Shown: positions 36,690 to 45,796 of the stretch, piece after piece | How the letters are laid out: every line of letters starts with the position of its first letter | Position numbering within the stretch: position 1 is the first letter of the stretch | Notes under the pieces: model-generated | What the model saw: the letters and a program-made list of their open reading frames with translations, nothing else | Told to the model about the DNA's origin: nothing | Databases searched by the model: none | Position numbers and translations under genes: made by a program | DNA from: an uncultured Defluviitaleaceae bacterium | GTDB lineage: Bacteria > Bacillota > Clostridia > Lachnospirales > WRBF01 | Direction: 5' to 3' | Length of the DNA: 64,000 nt | Assembly: GCA_964533945.1 (NCBI GenBank) | Contig: CAZHPA010000006.1 | Span: 157 to 64,156, forward strand

Positions 36690-38024
36690 ATGGAAATTCC
36701 AGAACAATTTTCTATTAGTATGCAAAATTTATTGGGCAACCAATATTCGCAATTTATAAATTCAATATTAAATGATGAACCGGTTGTTGGCTTACGTGTT
36801 AATACGTTAAAATTAAGCCCCAACAAGCTTAAAGCTTTGCTTCCTTTTGAACTTTTGCCTGTTAATTGGTGTTTGGAAGGCTTTTACCATCCTCAAGACG
36901 TTCGCCCGTCTAAAAGCCCTTTTTATAGCGCAGGGTTATATTATATTCAAGAGCCAAGTGCAATGTCGGCTGCTTCTGTTTTAGAAATTTGCCCAAACGA
37001 CAAAGTGCTTGATTTATGCGCTGCACCCGGCGGAAAAACAACACAACTTGCGGCAAAGTTAAATAATACAGGGCTTCTTGTTGCTAACGACATTAGTGCT
37101 TCAAGATGCAAAGCGCTGCAAAAAAATATTGAACTTTTTGGAATTACAAACGCAGTTATAACAAGCGAAAGTCCAAAAAAATTAGCAACAGCGTTTTCGG
37201 GCTTTTTTAATAAAATTTTAATTGATGCTCCTTGTTCGGGGGAAGGAATGTTTAGAAAGCTTAAACAATGGGATAAACACCCAAACGAATACTACAACAA
37301 CATTCAAAAGCAAATTATACAAGAAGCTTCAGCACTTCTTGCAGATGGCGGCAAAATGGTTTATTCAACTTGCACGTTTGCCGCAGAAGAAAATGAACAG
37401 GTTATACAGCACTTTTTAAGCAACAATCCCAATTTCAAGCTATTGAATATAGAGCATAGTAAATTTAATTTTGAAAAAGGCTTTAATCTTGAAAGTTGTG
37501 CAAGAATTTTACCCCATAAGCAAAAAGGAGAAGGACATTTTATTGCTTATCTTGCCAAGGAAACTAAAAAAGAATCTAGACAAACAAACAACAATATTCA
37601 AAGTTACCCAAAAATACAAAATATTAATTATTACTTTGACTTTTGTAAAAAATATTTAAACAAAACACTTCATCCTAATTTTAATTCTAACTTTTTGCTA
37701 CACGGCAGTTCTTTGTTTTTAGTTCCAAACGGCGTTCCTTGCTTAAAAGGAATTAGAGTTGCAAGAAGCGGTTTTCATTTAGGCGAAATGAAAAAGGGAA
37801 GGTTCGAGCCATCGCAAGCTTTAGCTATGGCGCTAACAGCAGAAGATGCAAAAAATGTTGTTAATTTAAAAGCAGATAGCAAAGAAGTTCTGCAGTATTT
37901 AAACGGAGAAAGCCCAGATATTGATTCAAGCTGTGAAGGTTATGCTTTAGTTTGTGTTGAAAATTTTCCTTTGGGCTTTGGGAAGGTTCAAAACGGAAGG
38001 CTTAAAAATAAAAGGACGTGGTAA
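36690..38024 (+). CDS. RsmB/RsmF (NOL1/NOP2/Sun) family rRNA m5C methyltransferase
   Basis: DLCAAPGGKT SAM motif. ILIDAPCSGEGMFRK and YSTCTF catalytic Cys motifs. C-terminal PUA-like extension. Confidence 0.8.
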   Translation: MEIPEQFSISMQNLLGNQYSQFINSILNDEPVVGLRVNTLKLSPNKLKALLPFELLPVNWCLEGFYHPQDVRPSKSPFYSAGLYYIQEPSAMSAASVLEICPNDKVLDLCAAPGGKTTQLAAKLNNTGLLVANDISASRCKALQKNIELFGITNAVITSESPKKLATAFSGFFNKILIDAPCSGEGMFRKLKQWDKHPNEYYNNIQKQIIQEASALLADGGKMVYSTCTFAAEENEQVIQHFLSNNPNFKLLNIEHSKFNFEKGFNLESCARILPHKQKGEGHFIAYLAKETKKESRQTNNNIQSYPKIQNINYYFDFCKKYLNKTLHPNFNSNFLLHGSSLFLVPNGVPCLKGIRVARSGFHLGEMKKGRFEPSQALAMALTAEDAKNVVNLKADSKEVLQYLNGESPDIDSSCEGYALVCVENFPLGFGKVQNGRLKNKRTW

Positions 38025-38026
38025 AA

Positions 38027-38755
38027 ATGAAATATATAACGATAACAACGCCAAACAATTTAGAACTTGAATATCGTCTTGCAGGCATTGGCTCAAGGCT
38101 TGCTGCTTTTGTTATCGACATGGTTATACAAGCTATTATATTTGTCATTACCGGAATTGCGCTTTTTTATTTTGTTTTTATGGATAGAGGCGTACCTATC
38201 AATAACTTTGACAATGTTGTAGTATTTATTGCTGCCATTTTTTATTTTATAGTTTTCTTTGGGTACTTTATAATTAGCGAAATGCTTACAAACGGGCAAT
38301 CTATAGGGAAGAAAGTTTTTGGGCTTCGTGTTATTCGTGAAAACGGTATGCCTGTTGGCTTTATCCATTCTTTAATTAGAAATTTATTTAGATACTTTAT
38401 TGATGCTTTGGGAATTGGTGTTGTTTCAATAGCGCTTTCTAAAAAGTGCAAAAGAATTGGGGATTTTGTTGCCTCAACTGTTGTTGTTTCAGAAAACCCA
38501 ATGAAATTCACAACCGAAACCTTTAAACCTAAAAATTTGGGTTTTGAAGCGGCTGAAATTTTGGGATTTGAAACTTTTGAAATTTCGGAGCAAGAATATT
38601 ACTTGCTTGATGAATATTTTAAAAGGAGAACAAGTTTTACAGATGGAGGAAAAAGCGTTCTTGAAACTTTAATTAGATACTTTTCAAGCAAAAATAAAAT
38701 AAGTTCTCAAACACTAACAGAAGACGACTTATACAAAATGTATCATATGTATTAG
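38027..38755 (+). CDS. RDD family membrane protein
   Basis: ..AGIGSRLAAFVIDMVI.., ..GQSIGKKVFGLRVI.., ..RIGDFVASTVVV.. are the RDD pattern. Confidence 0.75.
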   Translation: MKYITITTPNNLELEYRLAGIGSRLAAFVIDMVIQAIIFVITGIALFYFVFMDRGVPINNFDNVVVFIAAIFYFIVFFGYFIISEMLTNGQSIGKKVFGLRVIRENGMPVGFIHSLIRNLFRYFIDALGIGVVSIALSKKCKRIGDFVASTVVVSENPMKFTTETFKPKNLGFEAAEILGFETFEISEQEYYLLDEYFKRRTSFTDGGKSVLETLIRYFSSKNKISSQTLTEDDLYKMYHMY

Positions 38756-38836
38756 AAATTAACAATTTTACCTTCTTCTGCATAAGTTAAAGTAAATGTT
38801 AAAACGAAAGCTTACTTATTTGCAGGAGGTGGTTTT

Positions 38837-39253
38837 ATGTTTCGTTATAGAAATAGTTATTGGGATATTGAAAGTCTTAGTAGAAATTTTAACGATAATC
38901 AGGAAGAATACGCTTTTTCGCCAGAAATTGAGCAATATTCTCCAAGACCTAGTTTCCCAGATTTTCCGGATTTTCCGGATAATGAAGGCAGGCATAAAGG
39001 CAACAAACCTATGGGTTCTCCCCCAAGAGGCGTTCCTGAAAAACCTTCATCATTACGTAGAATTGAAGCTGGCGCAATTAGAGGTTGCCTGTATAATTAC
39101 ACATATGTTTGGCTAACAAACGGAAGCTCTTTCTGGTTCTATCCAACATTTATAGGCAGAGAATCAATATCAGGTTACCGTTTTACAAGGCGAGGTTGGG
39201 TTTATTTGGGATTTGATTTAAGAATGATAGAATCATTTTATTGTGCCGGCTAA
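38837..39253 (+). CDS. Conserved hypothetical protein (Pro-rich N-terminus, C-terminal ..YTYVWLTNGSSFWFYPTFIGRESISGYRF..WVYLGFDLRMIESFYC module)
   Basis: 138-aa ORF with a GGAGGTGG SD. The C-terminal module resembles a small Firmicutes family I cannot name. I prefer this over the overlapping 38796-39116 ORF. Confidence 0.5.
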   Translation: MFRYRNSYWDIESLSRNFNDNQEEYAFSPEIEQYSPRPSFPDFPDFPDNEGRHKGNKPMGSPPRGVPEKPSSLRRIEAGAIRGCLYNYTYVWLTNGSSFWFYPTFIGRESISGYRFTRRGWVYLGFDLRMIESFYCAG

Positions 39254-39271
39254 ATAATAAATTGTGTTAAA

Positions 39272-39308
39272 AAGCTTTAAGGTTAAAACTCTTAAAGCTT
39301 TTTTATTT
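39272..39308 (+). terminator. Rho-independent terminator
   Basis: AAGCTTTAAG...CTTAAAGCTT 10-bp stem followed by TTTTATTT. Confidence 0.65.
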
Positions 39309-39453
39309 GTGTTTTTGCTTGTGCATACATAAAAACCATACGAAAATATGCAAAAGGGAATTATTTGCATTAAAATATTAAACGAAGTATAATTATAAAT
39401 TATGTGTGCAACCAAAGCTAAAAAAATACGTATTATTTTGAAAGGTTGATTTT

Positions 39454-40026
39454 ATGATTTCCTTTATTTCAGGTACAATCGAGAATGTTTTTGATAATTC
39501 CTTTATAATTAATAATAACGGCATAGGATATGCAATATACGCAACATCAAACACAATTAAAAACCTTCCAAGTAAGGGGGAAAACGCTAAAATACATATA
39601 CACATGAACGTTAAGGAAGGGGATATTTCGCTTTTTGGATTTTTGCAAGAAGAAGAACAAGCTATGTTTAATATGCTAATTACAGTTTCGGGTATAGGTC
39701 CCAAAGGGGCAATAGGACTTCTTTCTTCAATGGAATCTAAAGCTTTAAAGCTTGCAATTGCAACAGAAGATGTTTTGGCATTGTCAAAAGCAAGAGGAAT
39801 TGGCAAAAGAACCGCCCAACGTTTAGTTTTGGAATTAAAGGACAAAATAAAAACAACAAATGCAATAGTAGCAACTCATAATTCAACCGAAAGGCAAGAC
39901 GCTATAGAAGCGTTAATTGCGCTTGGATATAGCAAAAATGAAAGTGTTAAAGCTGTGCTTAATGTTGCTAAAGATAATATGCCTGTTGATTTAATTATAA
40001 AGCTTGCAATGAAGCATCTTAATTAA
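39454..40026 (+). CDS. ruvA: Holliday junction branch migration complex subunit RuvA
   Basis: MISFISGTI...GIGYAIY.., HhH ..VSGIGPKGAIGLL.., ..ARGIGKRTAQRLVLELKDK... Confidence 0.9.
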   Translation: MISFISGTIENVFDNSFIINNNGIGYAIYATSNTIKNLPSKGENAKIHIHMNVKEGDISLFGFLQEEEQAMFNMLITVSGIGPKGAIGLLSSMESKALKLAIATEDVLALSKARGIGKRTAQRLVLELKDKIKTTNAIVATHNSTERQDAIEALIALGYSKNESVKAVLNVAKDNMPVDLIIKLAMKHLN

Positions 40027-40054
40027 GGTTTATTAAGATTTAAGGGGATTAAAT

Positions 40055-41044
40055 ATGGAGCATGAAAGAATTATAACAACGGCATTTAGGCGTGAAGACG
40101 CTATGCTTGAACCAACATTGCGCCCTTCATCTTTCGATGAATATATTGGGCAAGAACACGTTAAAAGCAATATGAAAATTTATATTGAAGCAGCCAAAAT
40201 GCGAAAAGAATCGCTAGACCATGTATTGCTTTACGGCCCACCCGGTTTGGGTAAAACAACACTTTCAAACATTATAGCAAAAGAAATGGATTCAAAGCTT
40301 AAAATAACTTCAGGCCCTGCAATTGAATATCAAAAAGATATGGCAGCTATATTAAGCGATTTAAATGAAAGCGATATTCTTTTTATTGACGAAATTCACA
40401 GGCTAAATAGAATTGTTGAAGAAATGTTGTATTCGGCTATGGAAGACTATGTTTTAGACATAATAATCGGAAAAGGAACGGGAGCCAAAAGCATTAGATT
40501 AACCCTCCCTCCTTTTACTCTTGTTGGCGCAACAACAAGAATTGGGCTTTTAACAGCACCATTAAGAGATAGATTCGGTGTCATACATAGACTTGAACCA
40601 TACACAATTACAGAACTTAGAAAAATTATTGTTAGGTCGGCAAAAGTTTTAAATGTTGAAATAGAAGCTTCAGGAGCAGAAGAAATTGCAAGACGCTCAA
40701 GAGGAACTCCTCGTATTGCAAATAGGCTTTTAAAAAGAGTTCGTGATTTTGCACAAGTTAAATACGATGGCGTTATAACTCACGAAATAGCCAAAACTTC
40801 CCTTGATTTATTAGAAGTTGATAGAATGGGGCTAGACTTAATAGACCGCAAAATGCTAACCGTTATGATTGAAAACTTTGGCGGAGGGCCTGTTGGGCTT
40901 GAAACTTTAGCAGTTTCAATAGGAGAAGAAGCAGAAACTATAGAAGACGTATATGAGCCATATTTAATTCAGCTTGGCTATATAAAACGAACACCAAGAG
41001 GTAGGGTTGTTACGGAAATATGCAGGCAGCACTTCCAAAATTAA
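40055..41044 (+). CDS. ruvB: Holliday junction branch migration DNA helicase RuvB
   Basis: [71 protein letters not shown]. Confidence 0.95.
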   Translation: MEHERIITTAFRREDAMLEPTLRPSSFDEYIGQEHVKSNMKIYIEAAKMRKESLDHVLLYGPPGLGKTTLSNIIAKEMDSKLKITSGPAIEYQKDMAAILSDLNESDILFIDEIHRLNRIVEEMLYSAMEDYVLDIIIGKGTGAKSIRLTLPPFTLVGATTRIGLLTAPLRDRFGVIHRLEPYTITELRKIIVRSAKVLNVEIEASGAEEIARRSRGTPRIANRLLKRVRDFAQVKYDGVITHEIAKTSLDLLEVDRMGLDLIDRKMLTVMIENFGGGPVGLETLAVSIGEEAETIEDVYEPYLIQLGYIKRTPRGRVVTEICRQHFQN

Positions 41045-41067
41045 AGAAATTAGAGGGGGAAACATTT

Positions 41068-41850
41068 ATGAAAAATGAATTCGACAGTAACGAAACGTAT
41101 AAAGTAGTTACAGAAAATACAAAGCCTTTAAAATTTACAGAACGTATTGCTTCTCTTTTTGTTTCACCGGCTAAATTAATGGAAAATATAGCAGACAATC
41201 CTAAAGTTGCTGCTGCATTTATAGTTAATATTATTTTATGCCTTTTAGTTTTGCCATTTTCACAAAGTGCAACACGCATAATTCTTGAGCAACAAGCTTT
41301 AGTTTTTACAGAACGCTATGGCCCAAGCTTTTATGAAGTTTATCAAATGCAACAAGCAAAACAGCTAACGGGTGTGCTTAATTACGTAACAACATTCGGA
41401 ATATCATTAGTCGGGGTTTTAATTGCAATTGTTTTTGATGCCATCCTTTTAATTATTTTAACAAAAATATTTAAAGGAACAGCTAAGTTTTTACAATATG
41501 TTTCAATGCTTTTTCATATAAGCATTATTTCGGCAATTGGTCTTTTAGTTTATTATATAGGAATTGTAGTTTTAAAAACATCACTCAACATCACATCACT
41601 TGCGGCAGTTTTAATGCCAAACGGTAATTTAACTGTGTTTTTATATAATATTTTATCGTCGATTACTATATTTACCATCTGGAAATACTTTTTAGTTTTT
41701 TTAGGTGTTAAAATAACTAACGGATTTAATGCGGTAAAGTCTGCTGTTATAGCTATAATATCATTTTTGATAGCATTAATAACCGCAGCTATTTTGGCAA
41801 GTGTTGTTGTTTGGGGATATGATGCAATATTTGGGCAAATGATTAGATAA
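41068..41850 (+). CDS. Yip1-domain family membrane protein
   Basis: ATG 41068 after GAGGGGG. Soluble N-terminus, then five hydrophobic segments. Immediately upstream of the MacAB-like genes. Confidence 0.6.
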   Translation: MKNEFDSNETYKVVTENTKPLKFTERIASLFVSPAKLMENIADNPKVAAAFIVNIILCLLVLPFSQSATRIILEQQALVFTERYGPSFYEVYQMQQAKQLTGVLNYVTTFGISLVGVLIAIVFDAILLIILTKIFKGTAKFLQYVSMLFHISIISAIGLLVYYIGIVVLKTSLNITSLAAVLMPNGNLTVFLYNILSSITIFTIWKYFLVFLGVKITNGFNAVKSAVIAIISFLIALITAAILASVVVWGYDAIFGQMIR

Positions 41851-41884
41851 TATAACAACACATTAAGAAAGAGGGATTTAAAAA

Positions 41885-43855
41885 ATGCGTAAAAAAGCTT
41901 TAATAACAGCAGGCATTGTTGGCGTTGCTGCAATTTTTATAGGAATTGGAGTTTTTAATACTTTAAGGCAACAGCAAGCTTCAAAAACTCCTAAAAATGC
42001 TTTTCCGGTTGAAATTGAACAACCACACAAAGAAGACATTGTAACAAAGGTTACAGCAAAAGGAGCCGTCGAGCTTGTTAAGAAAAATACAGTTTATGCA
42101 ACATCGCAAGGGAAAATTAAAACGCTCTTTGTTAAAGTGGGAGATGGCGTTAAAAAAGGTCAAGTTCTTTTAGAATATGATGAAAAAGGGCTTGAAGATT
42201 TAAATAATCAGCTTGAAGAAGCAAATTTATCGCTAAAAGCTGCCGAGCTTTCTCTTGAATCTGTAACGCTTCCTCCAACTCAAGCGGAAATTACAGCTGC
42301 CGAATCTAAAGTTAAAACAGCGGAAAAAAACGTTTCCGATTTAGAATATCAAAGAACGCAGCAAATTACAACTATAGACCAACTAAACCGTGACATTAAA
42401 GCGGCAGAAAAAAAACACGAAGAAGCTTTAGCCAAAAAAGAAACAACAACGAAAAAAGCAGTTGAAGATGTTGAATATCAAATATCTTTACAAGACACAC
42501 AAATAGCACAACTTAAACGTGACATTGAATCAACGCAAAAGAAGTATGATGAAACGTTAGTTAAAAAAGAAACAACAATGAAAAAAGCTGTTGAAGATGT
42601 CGAATATCAAATATCACAGCAAGACGCTCAAATAGCACAAACCGAGCGTGATGTTGAGTTAACAGAAAGCAAATACAACGATACAAAAGCACTTGTTGAA
42701 AAAGGAGTTTTAGCAAAACGTGAGCTTGACAGCTTAGAGCAATCGCTTACAGCTTTAAAAGATAAATTGGAAACAACACAAACGCAACGCCTTAAAACAT
42801 TAAAAATGCTTAATGATAAAGAAGAACTTGATGCTGTTTTGATAGTTAAGAAAGAACTTGACAGCTTGAGCGAAACGCTTAAAACCCTTAAAGACAATTT
42901 AGGAACAGCCCAAAAGCAAAGAGATAAAGCTGCAAAATCGCTTAATGACAAAGAAGAACTTGATGCCGTTTTAGTAGTTAAAAGAGAAATTGACACTTTA
43001 GCTGATACAATTAAAACATTAAAAGACCAACTAAACTCGGCACAGTTGCAGCTTAATAAAGTTATAGAATCAATTCAATCTGCAAGAGAAACTGTTGATT
43101 CTGCAAAAAAAGAATATAATTCACTATCAAATAAGCAAACAGAACCAACTGTTGTTAATCGCACAGAACAACAACAAATTCAAGTTGACCAAGCTACATT
43201 GAGAGTTGAGCAAATTAAAAAGAAAATCGACGAGTTTAAATTACAAGAAGTTTCAGATGTTGAAGGAGCAATAATGCAAATATATACACAAGAAGGCGAC
43301 AATTCTGTTGTTGGAAAGCAACTTATGGAAGTTGCTGATTTATCATTCGGAAACCTTGTAATTAAAGTTAACATTCCCGAAAACAGAACATCTTCAATAG
43401 CAGCAGGGCAAAAAGTTGAACTTAGCGGAGAGGCATTAGGAAAAAATACTTATGAAGGCGTAATTAGCAAAGTATACCCTATTGCAGAAAAGAAGCAAAT
43501 TGGTAATTCTGTAGAAACCGTTACAACTGTTGAAGTTTCGCTTTTAGAAGAAAACGAACATATTAAGCCAGGCTATAATATCGAAACATCAATTGTAACA
43601 AATACTTTGCAAGATGCTGTTGTTATTCCAATTATGGCAACACGAACAGATGAAGACGGAAAAGACTTTGTGTATGTTATGAACGAAGACTTCAGCGTTT
43701 CTAAGCGTGAAATTACATTAGGGGAATATTCAAACATCTACGTTCAAGCTTCAGGAATCGAATTGGAAGACAAAGTTATTATAACTAACGCCCCTCAAGT
43801 TGTTGAAGGCTCGTATGTTAGACCTATGACGATGCCGGGCGAAGAGGGGAAATAG
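41885..43855 (+). CDS. Efflux transporter periplasmic-adaptor (MacA/HlyD family) protein with a greatly expanded coiled-coil hairpin
   Basis: N-terminal TM. Lipoyl/barrel motifs (..VKVGDGVKKGQVLLEYD.., ..GQKVELSGEALG..YEGVISKVYP..). Internal triplicated 42-aa and 43-aa repeats (see findings). Confidence 0.8.
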   Translation: MRKKALITAGIVGVAAIFIGIGVFNTLRQQQASKTPKNAFPVEIEQPHKEDIVTKVTAKGAVELVKKNTVYATSQGKIKTLFVKVGDGVKKGQVLLEYDEKGLEDLNNQLEEANLSLKAAELSLESVTLPPTQAEITAAESKVKTAEKNVSDLEYQRTQQITTIDQLNRDIKAAEKKHEEALAKKETTTKKAVEDVEYQISLQDTQIAQLKRDIESTQKKYDETLVKKETTMKKAVEDVEYQISQQDAQIAQTERDVELTESKYNDTKALVEKGVLAKRELDSLEQSLTALKDKLETTQTQRLKTLKMLNDKEELDAVLIVKKELDSLSETLKTLKDNLGTAQKQRDKAAKSLNDKEELDAVLVVKREIDTLADTIKTLKDQLNSAQLQLNKVIESIQSARETVDSAKKEYNSLSNKQTEPTVVNRTEQQQIQVDQATLRVEQIKKKIDEFKLQEVSDVEGAIMQIYTQEGDNSVVGKQLMEVADLSFGNLVIKVNIPENRTSSIAAGQKVELSGEALGKNTYEGVISKVYPIAEKKQIGNSVETVTTVEVSLLEENEHIKPGYNIETSIVTNTLQDAVVIPIMATRTDEDGKDFVYVMNEDFSVSKREITLGEYSNIYVQASGIELEDKVIITNAPQVVEGSYVRPMTMPGEEGK

Positions 43856-43857
43856 GC

Positions 43858-44556
43858 ATGGCTATAATACAAATTGAAAATTTAACAAAAGTTTATCGCA
43901 ACGGAAAAATTGAAGTTATGGCATTAAGGGGAGTTAATCTTTCTATAGAAAAAGGCGAATATGTTTCAATTATGGGTGCTTCTGGTTCAGGAAAGTCAAC
44001 GCTTATGAACATTTTGGGCTGCCTTGATTCATTAACAACAGGAATGTATTTTTTAGATGAAGAAGATGTTTCAAAGCTAACAGGCAAAAGCCTTGCCAAA
44101 ATAAGAAATAGAAAAATTGGCTTTGTATTTCAATCTTTTAATCTTTTGCCAAAATTAACAGCGCTTCAAAACGTTGAGCTTCCAATGGTGTACGCAGGCG
44201 TTTCCAAAAAAATAAGACGTTCTGCCGCTATGGAAGCGCTTGAAAAAGTTGGGCTTACAGAAAGAGTTAAACACAAGCCAAACGAACTATCTGGTGGGCA
44301 AAGGCAGCGTGTTGCAATTGCCCGTGCATTAGTTAATAAGCCGTCGCTACTACTTGCAGATGAACCAACAGGAAACTTAGATAGCCGTTCTGGAGAAGAA
44401 ATTATGGAAGTTTTCCAAAAACTGCACGATGAAGGCTCAACTATTGTTATGGTAACACATGAAGATGATATTGCACAGCACACTAAACGCATTGTTATGT
44501 TTCGTGATGGCTTAATTGTTTCAGATGATGTTGTTAAAAATCGTATAATACTATAA
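43858..44556 (+). CDS. MacB/LolD-type ABC transporter ATP-binding protein
   Basis: GASGSGKSTLMNILG, FVFQSFNLLP, LSGGQRQRVAIARAL, LLLADEPTGNLD, VTHE. Confidence 0.9.
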   Translation: MAIIQIENLTKVYRNGKIEVMALRGVNLSIEKGEYVSIMGASGSGKSTLMNILGCLDSLTTGMYFLDEEDVSKLTGKSLAKIRNRKIGFVFQSFNLLPKLTALQNVELPMVYAGVSKKIRRSAAMEALEKVGLTERVKHKPNELSGGQRQRVAIARALVNKPSLLLADEPTGNLDSRSGEEIMEVFQKLHDEGSTIVMVTHEDDIAQHTKRIVMFRDGLIVSDDVVKNRIIL

Positions 44557-44624
44557 AGGAGGCGGCAGTTATAAATATAATAGAAAGTATTTTTTCGGCA
44601 TTTTCCAGCGTTTTATCTAATAAA

Positions 44625-45767
44625 ATGCGTTCAATTTTAACAATGCTTGGAATAATTATAGGTATTAGCTCTGTTATAATGATAACATCAATAGGCGCAG
44701 GCTTCCAACGATCAACACAAGAAGGGTTTTCGAAATTAGGGTTTGAACGTATACAAATTAACGTTAAATACGACGAAGAACTTAAAATGAGCGACTATTT
44801 AACGCTTGAGGATATTAAAACAGTTCGCTCACATCCCGAAGTTAAATATGCTTCTTCAATATGGCAAACAGGCGGAAACGTTAAATTAAAGGGGGAGGAA
44901 GAAACCGAAAGGTGCTATTTTATAGGAAGCGACGAACAATACCGTTATGTTCAACCGGTTGAATTAAAGTATGGGCGCTTTATAACAGAACAAGATGTTG
45001 ACAATAAAAGCTATGTTGCCGTAATTGATGAAGAACTTTCAAAAAAAGCATTAGGAAGGTCTAATGGCGTTGGAGGAAAAATTAAAGTTTCTTTTTGGAG
45101 CGGTTCGGCAGAACTAACTGTTATTGGTGTAGTTAAAACAGAAGAATTTAACCCGCTTTTTTCTATGCCAAGCTATGTTTATTTACCTGTTTCTGCTATA
45201 ATGGACGTATACAATACAGATATTGTTGACGGCTTTTATGTAACAGCAAAAGACAGAAGTAAAATGGATAGAATGGCAGTTGAATTAGTTAAATTGCTTG
45301 AAGCTAACCATGGAAACCAAAATAAGTACCGTGCAGAAAACTTGATGAACCAAATTGATGAAATTAATCAGATTGTTTCAGGCATAACCGGTTTTGTTGG
45401 GCTTGTTGCGGCAATTTCTTTAGTTGTTGGTGGGATAGGCGTTATGAACATTATGCTTGTTACCGTTACAGAAAGAACAAGAGAAATTGGAATTAGAAAA
45501 TCATTGGGAGCAACAAACGGAAATATTAACTTCCAATTTTTAATTGAGGCTATGATTTTAACAGCACTTGGTGGTATAATAGGAATTGTACTCGGTTATG
45601 TTGGAGGGTTTGCTTTGGGCGGTTTCATTAAAGTTAAAGCGATAGTGTCAATTCCAACAGTTATAGCAACTGTTTTAGCATCTAGTGCAATTGGTATTGT
45701 ATTTGGCGTTTATCCGGCAGGAAAAGCGGCAAAGCTAGACCCTATCGAAGCATTGCGATACGAATAA
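44625..45767 (+). CDS. MacB/FtsX-type ABC transporter permease (true start probably upstream of the listed ATG)
   Basis: ..MRSILTMLGIIIGISSV.. TM1, a periplasmic domain, and C-terminal FtsX (..TREIGIRKSLGAT..). The in-frame upstream sequence VINIIESIFSAFSSVLSNK looks like the family N-terminus but has no ATG/GTG/TTG. Confidence 0.85.
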   Translation: MRSILTMLGIIIGISSVIMITSIGAGFQRSTQEGFSKLGFERIQINVKYDEELKMSDYLTLEDIKTVRSHPEVKYASSIWQTGGNVKLKGEEETERCYFIGSDEQYRYVQPVELKYGRFITEQDVDNKSYVAVIDEELSKKALGRSNGVGGKIKVSFWSGSAELTVIGVVKTEEFNPLFSMPSYVYLPVSAIMDVYNTDIVDGFYVTAKDRSKMDRMAVELVKLLEANHGNQNKYRAENLMNQIDEINQIVSGITGFVGLVAAISLVVGGIGVMNIMLVTVTERTREIGIRKSLGATNGNINFQFLIEAMILTALGGIIGIVLGYVGGFALGGFIKVKAIVSIPTVIATVLASSAIGIVFGVYPAGKAAKLDPIEALRYE

Positions 45768-45796
45768 GCAAATTTTATTGTAGGGAAGGTGCTAAT

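Noticed and set aside
38796-39116. 106-aa ORF overlapping 38837-39253 in another frame
   Set aside because: The 38837 ORF has a GGAGGTGG SD and a conserved-looking C-terminal module. The 38796 ORF has neither.
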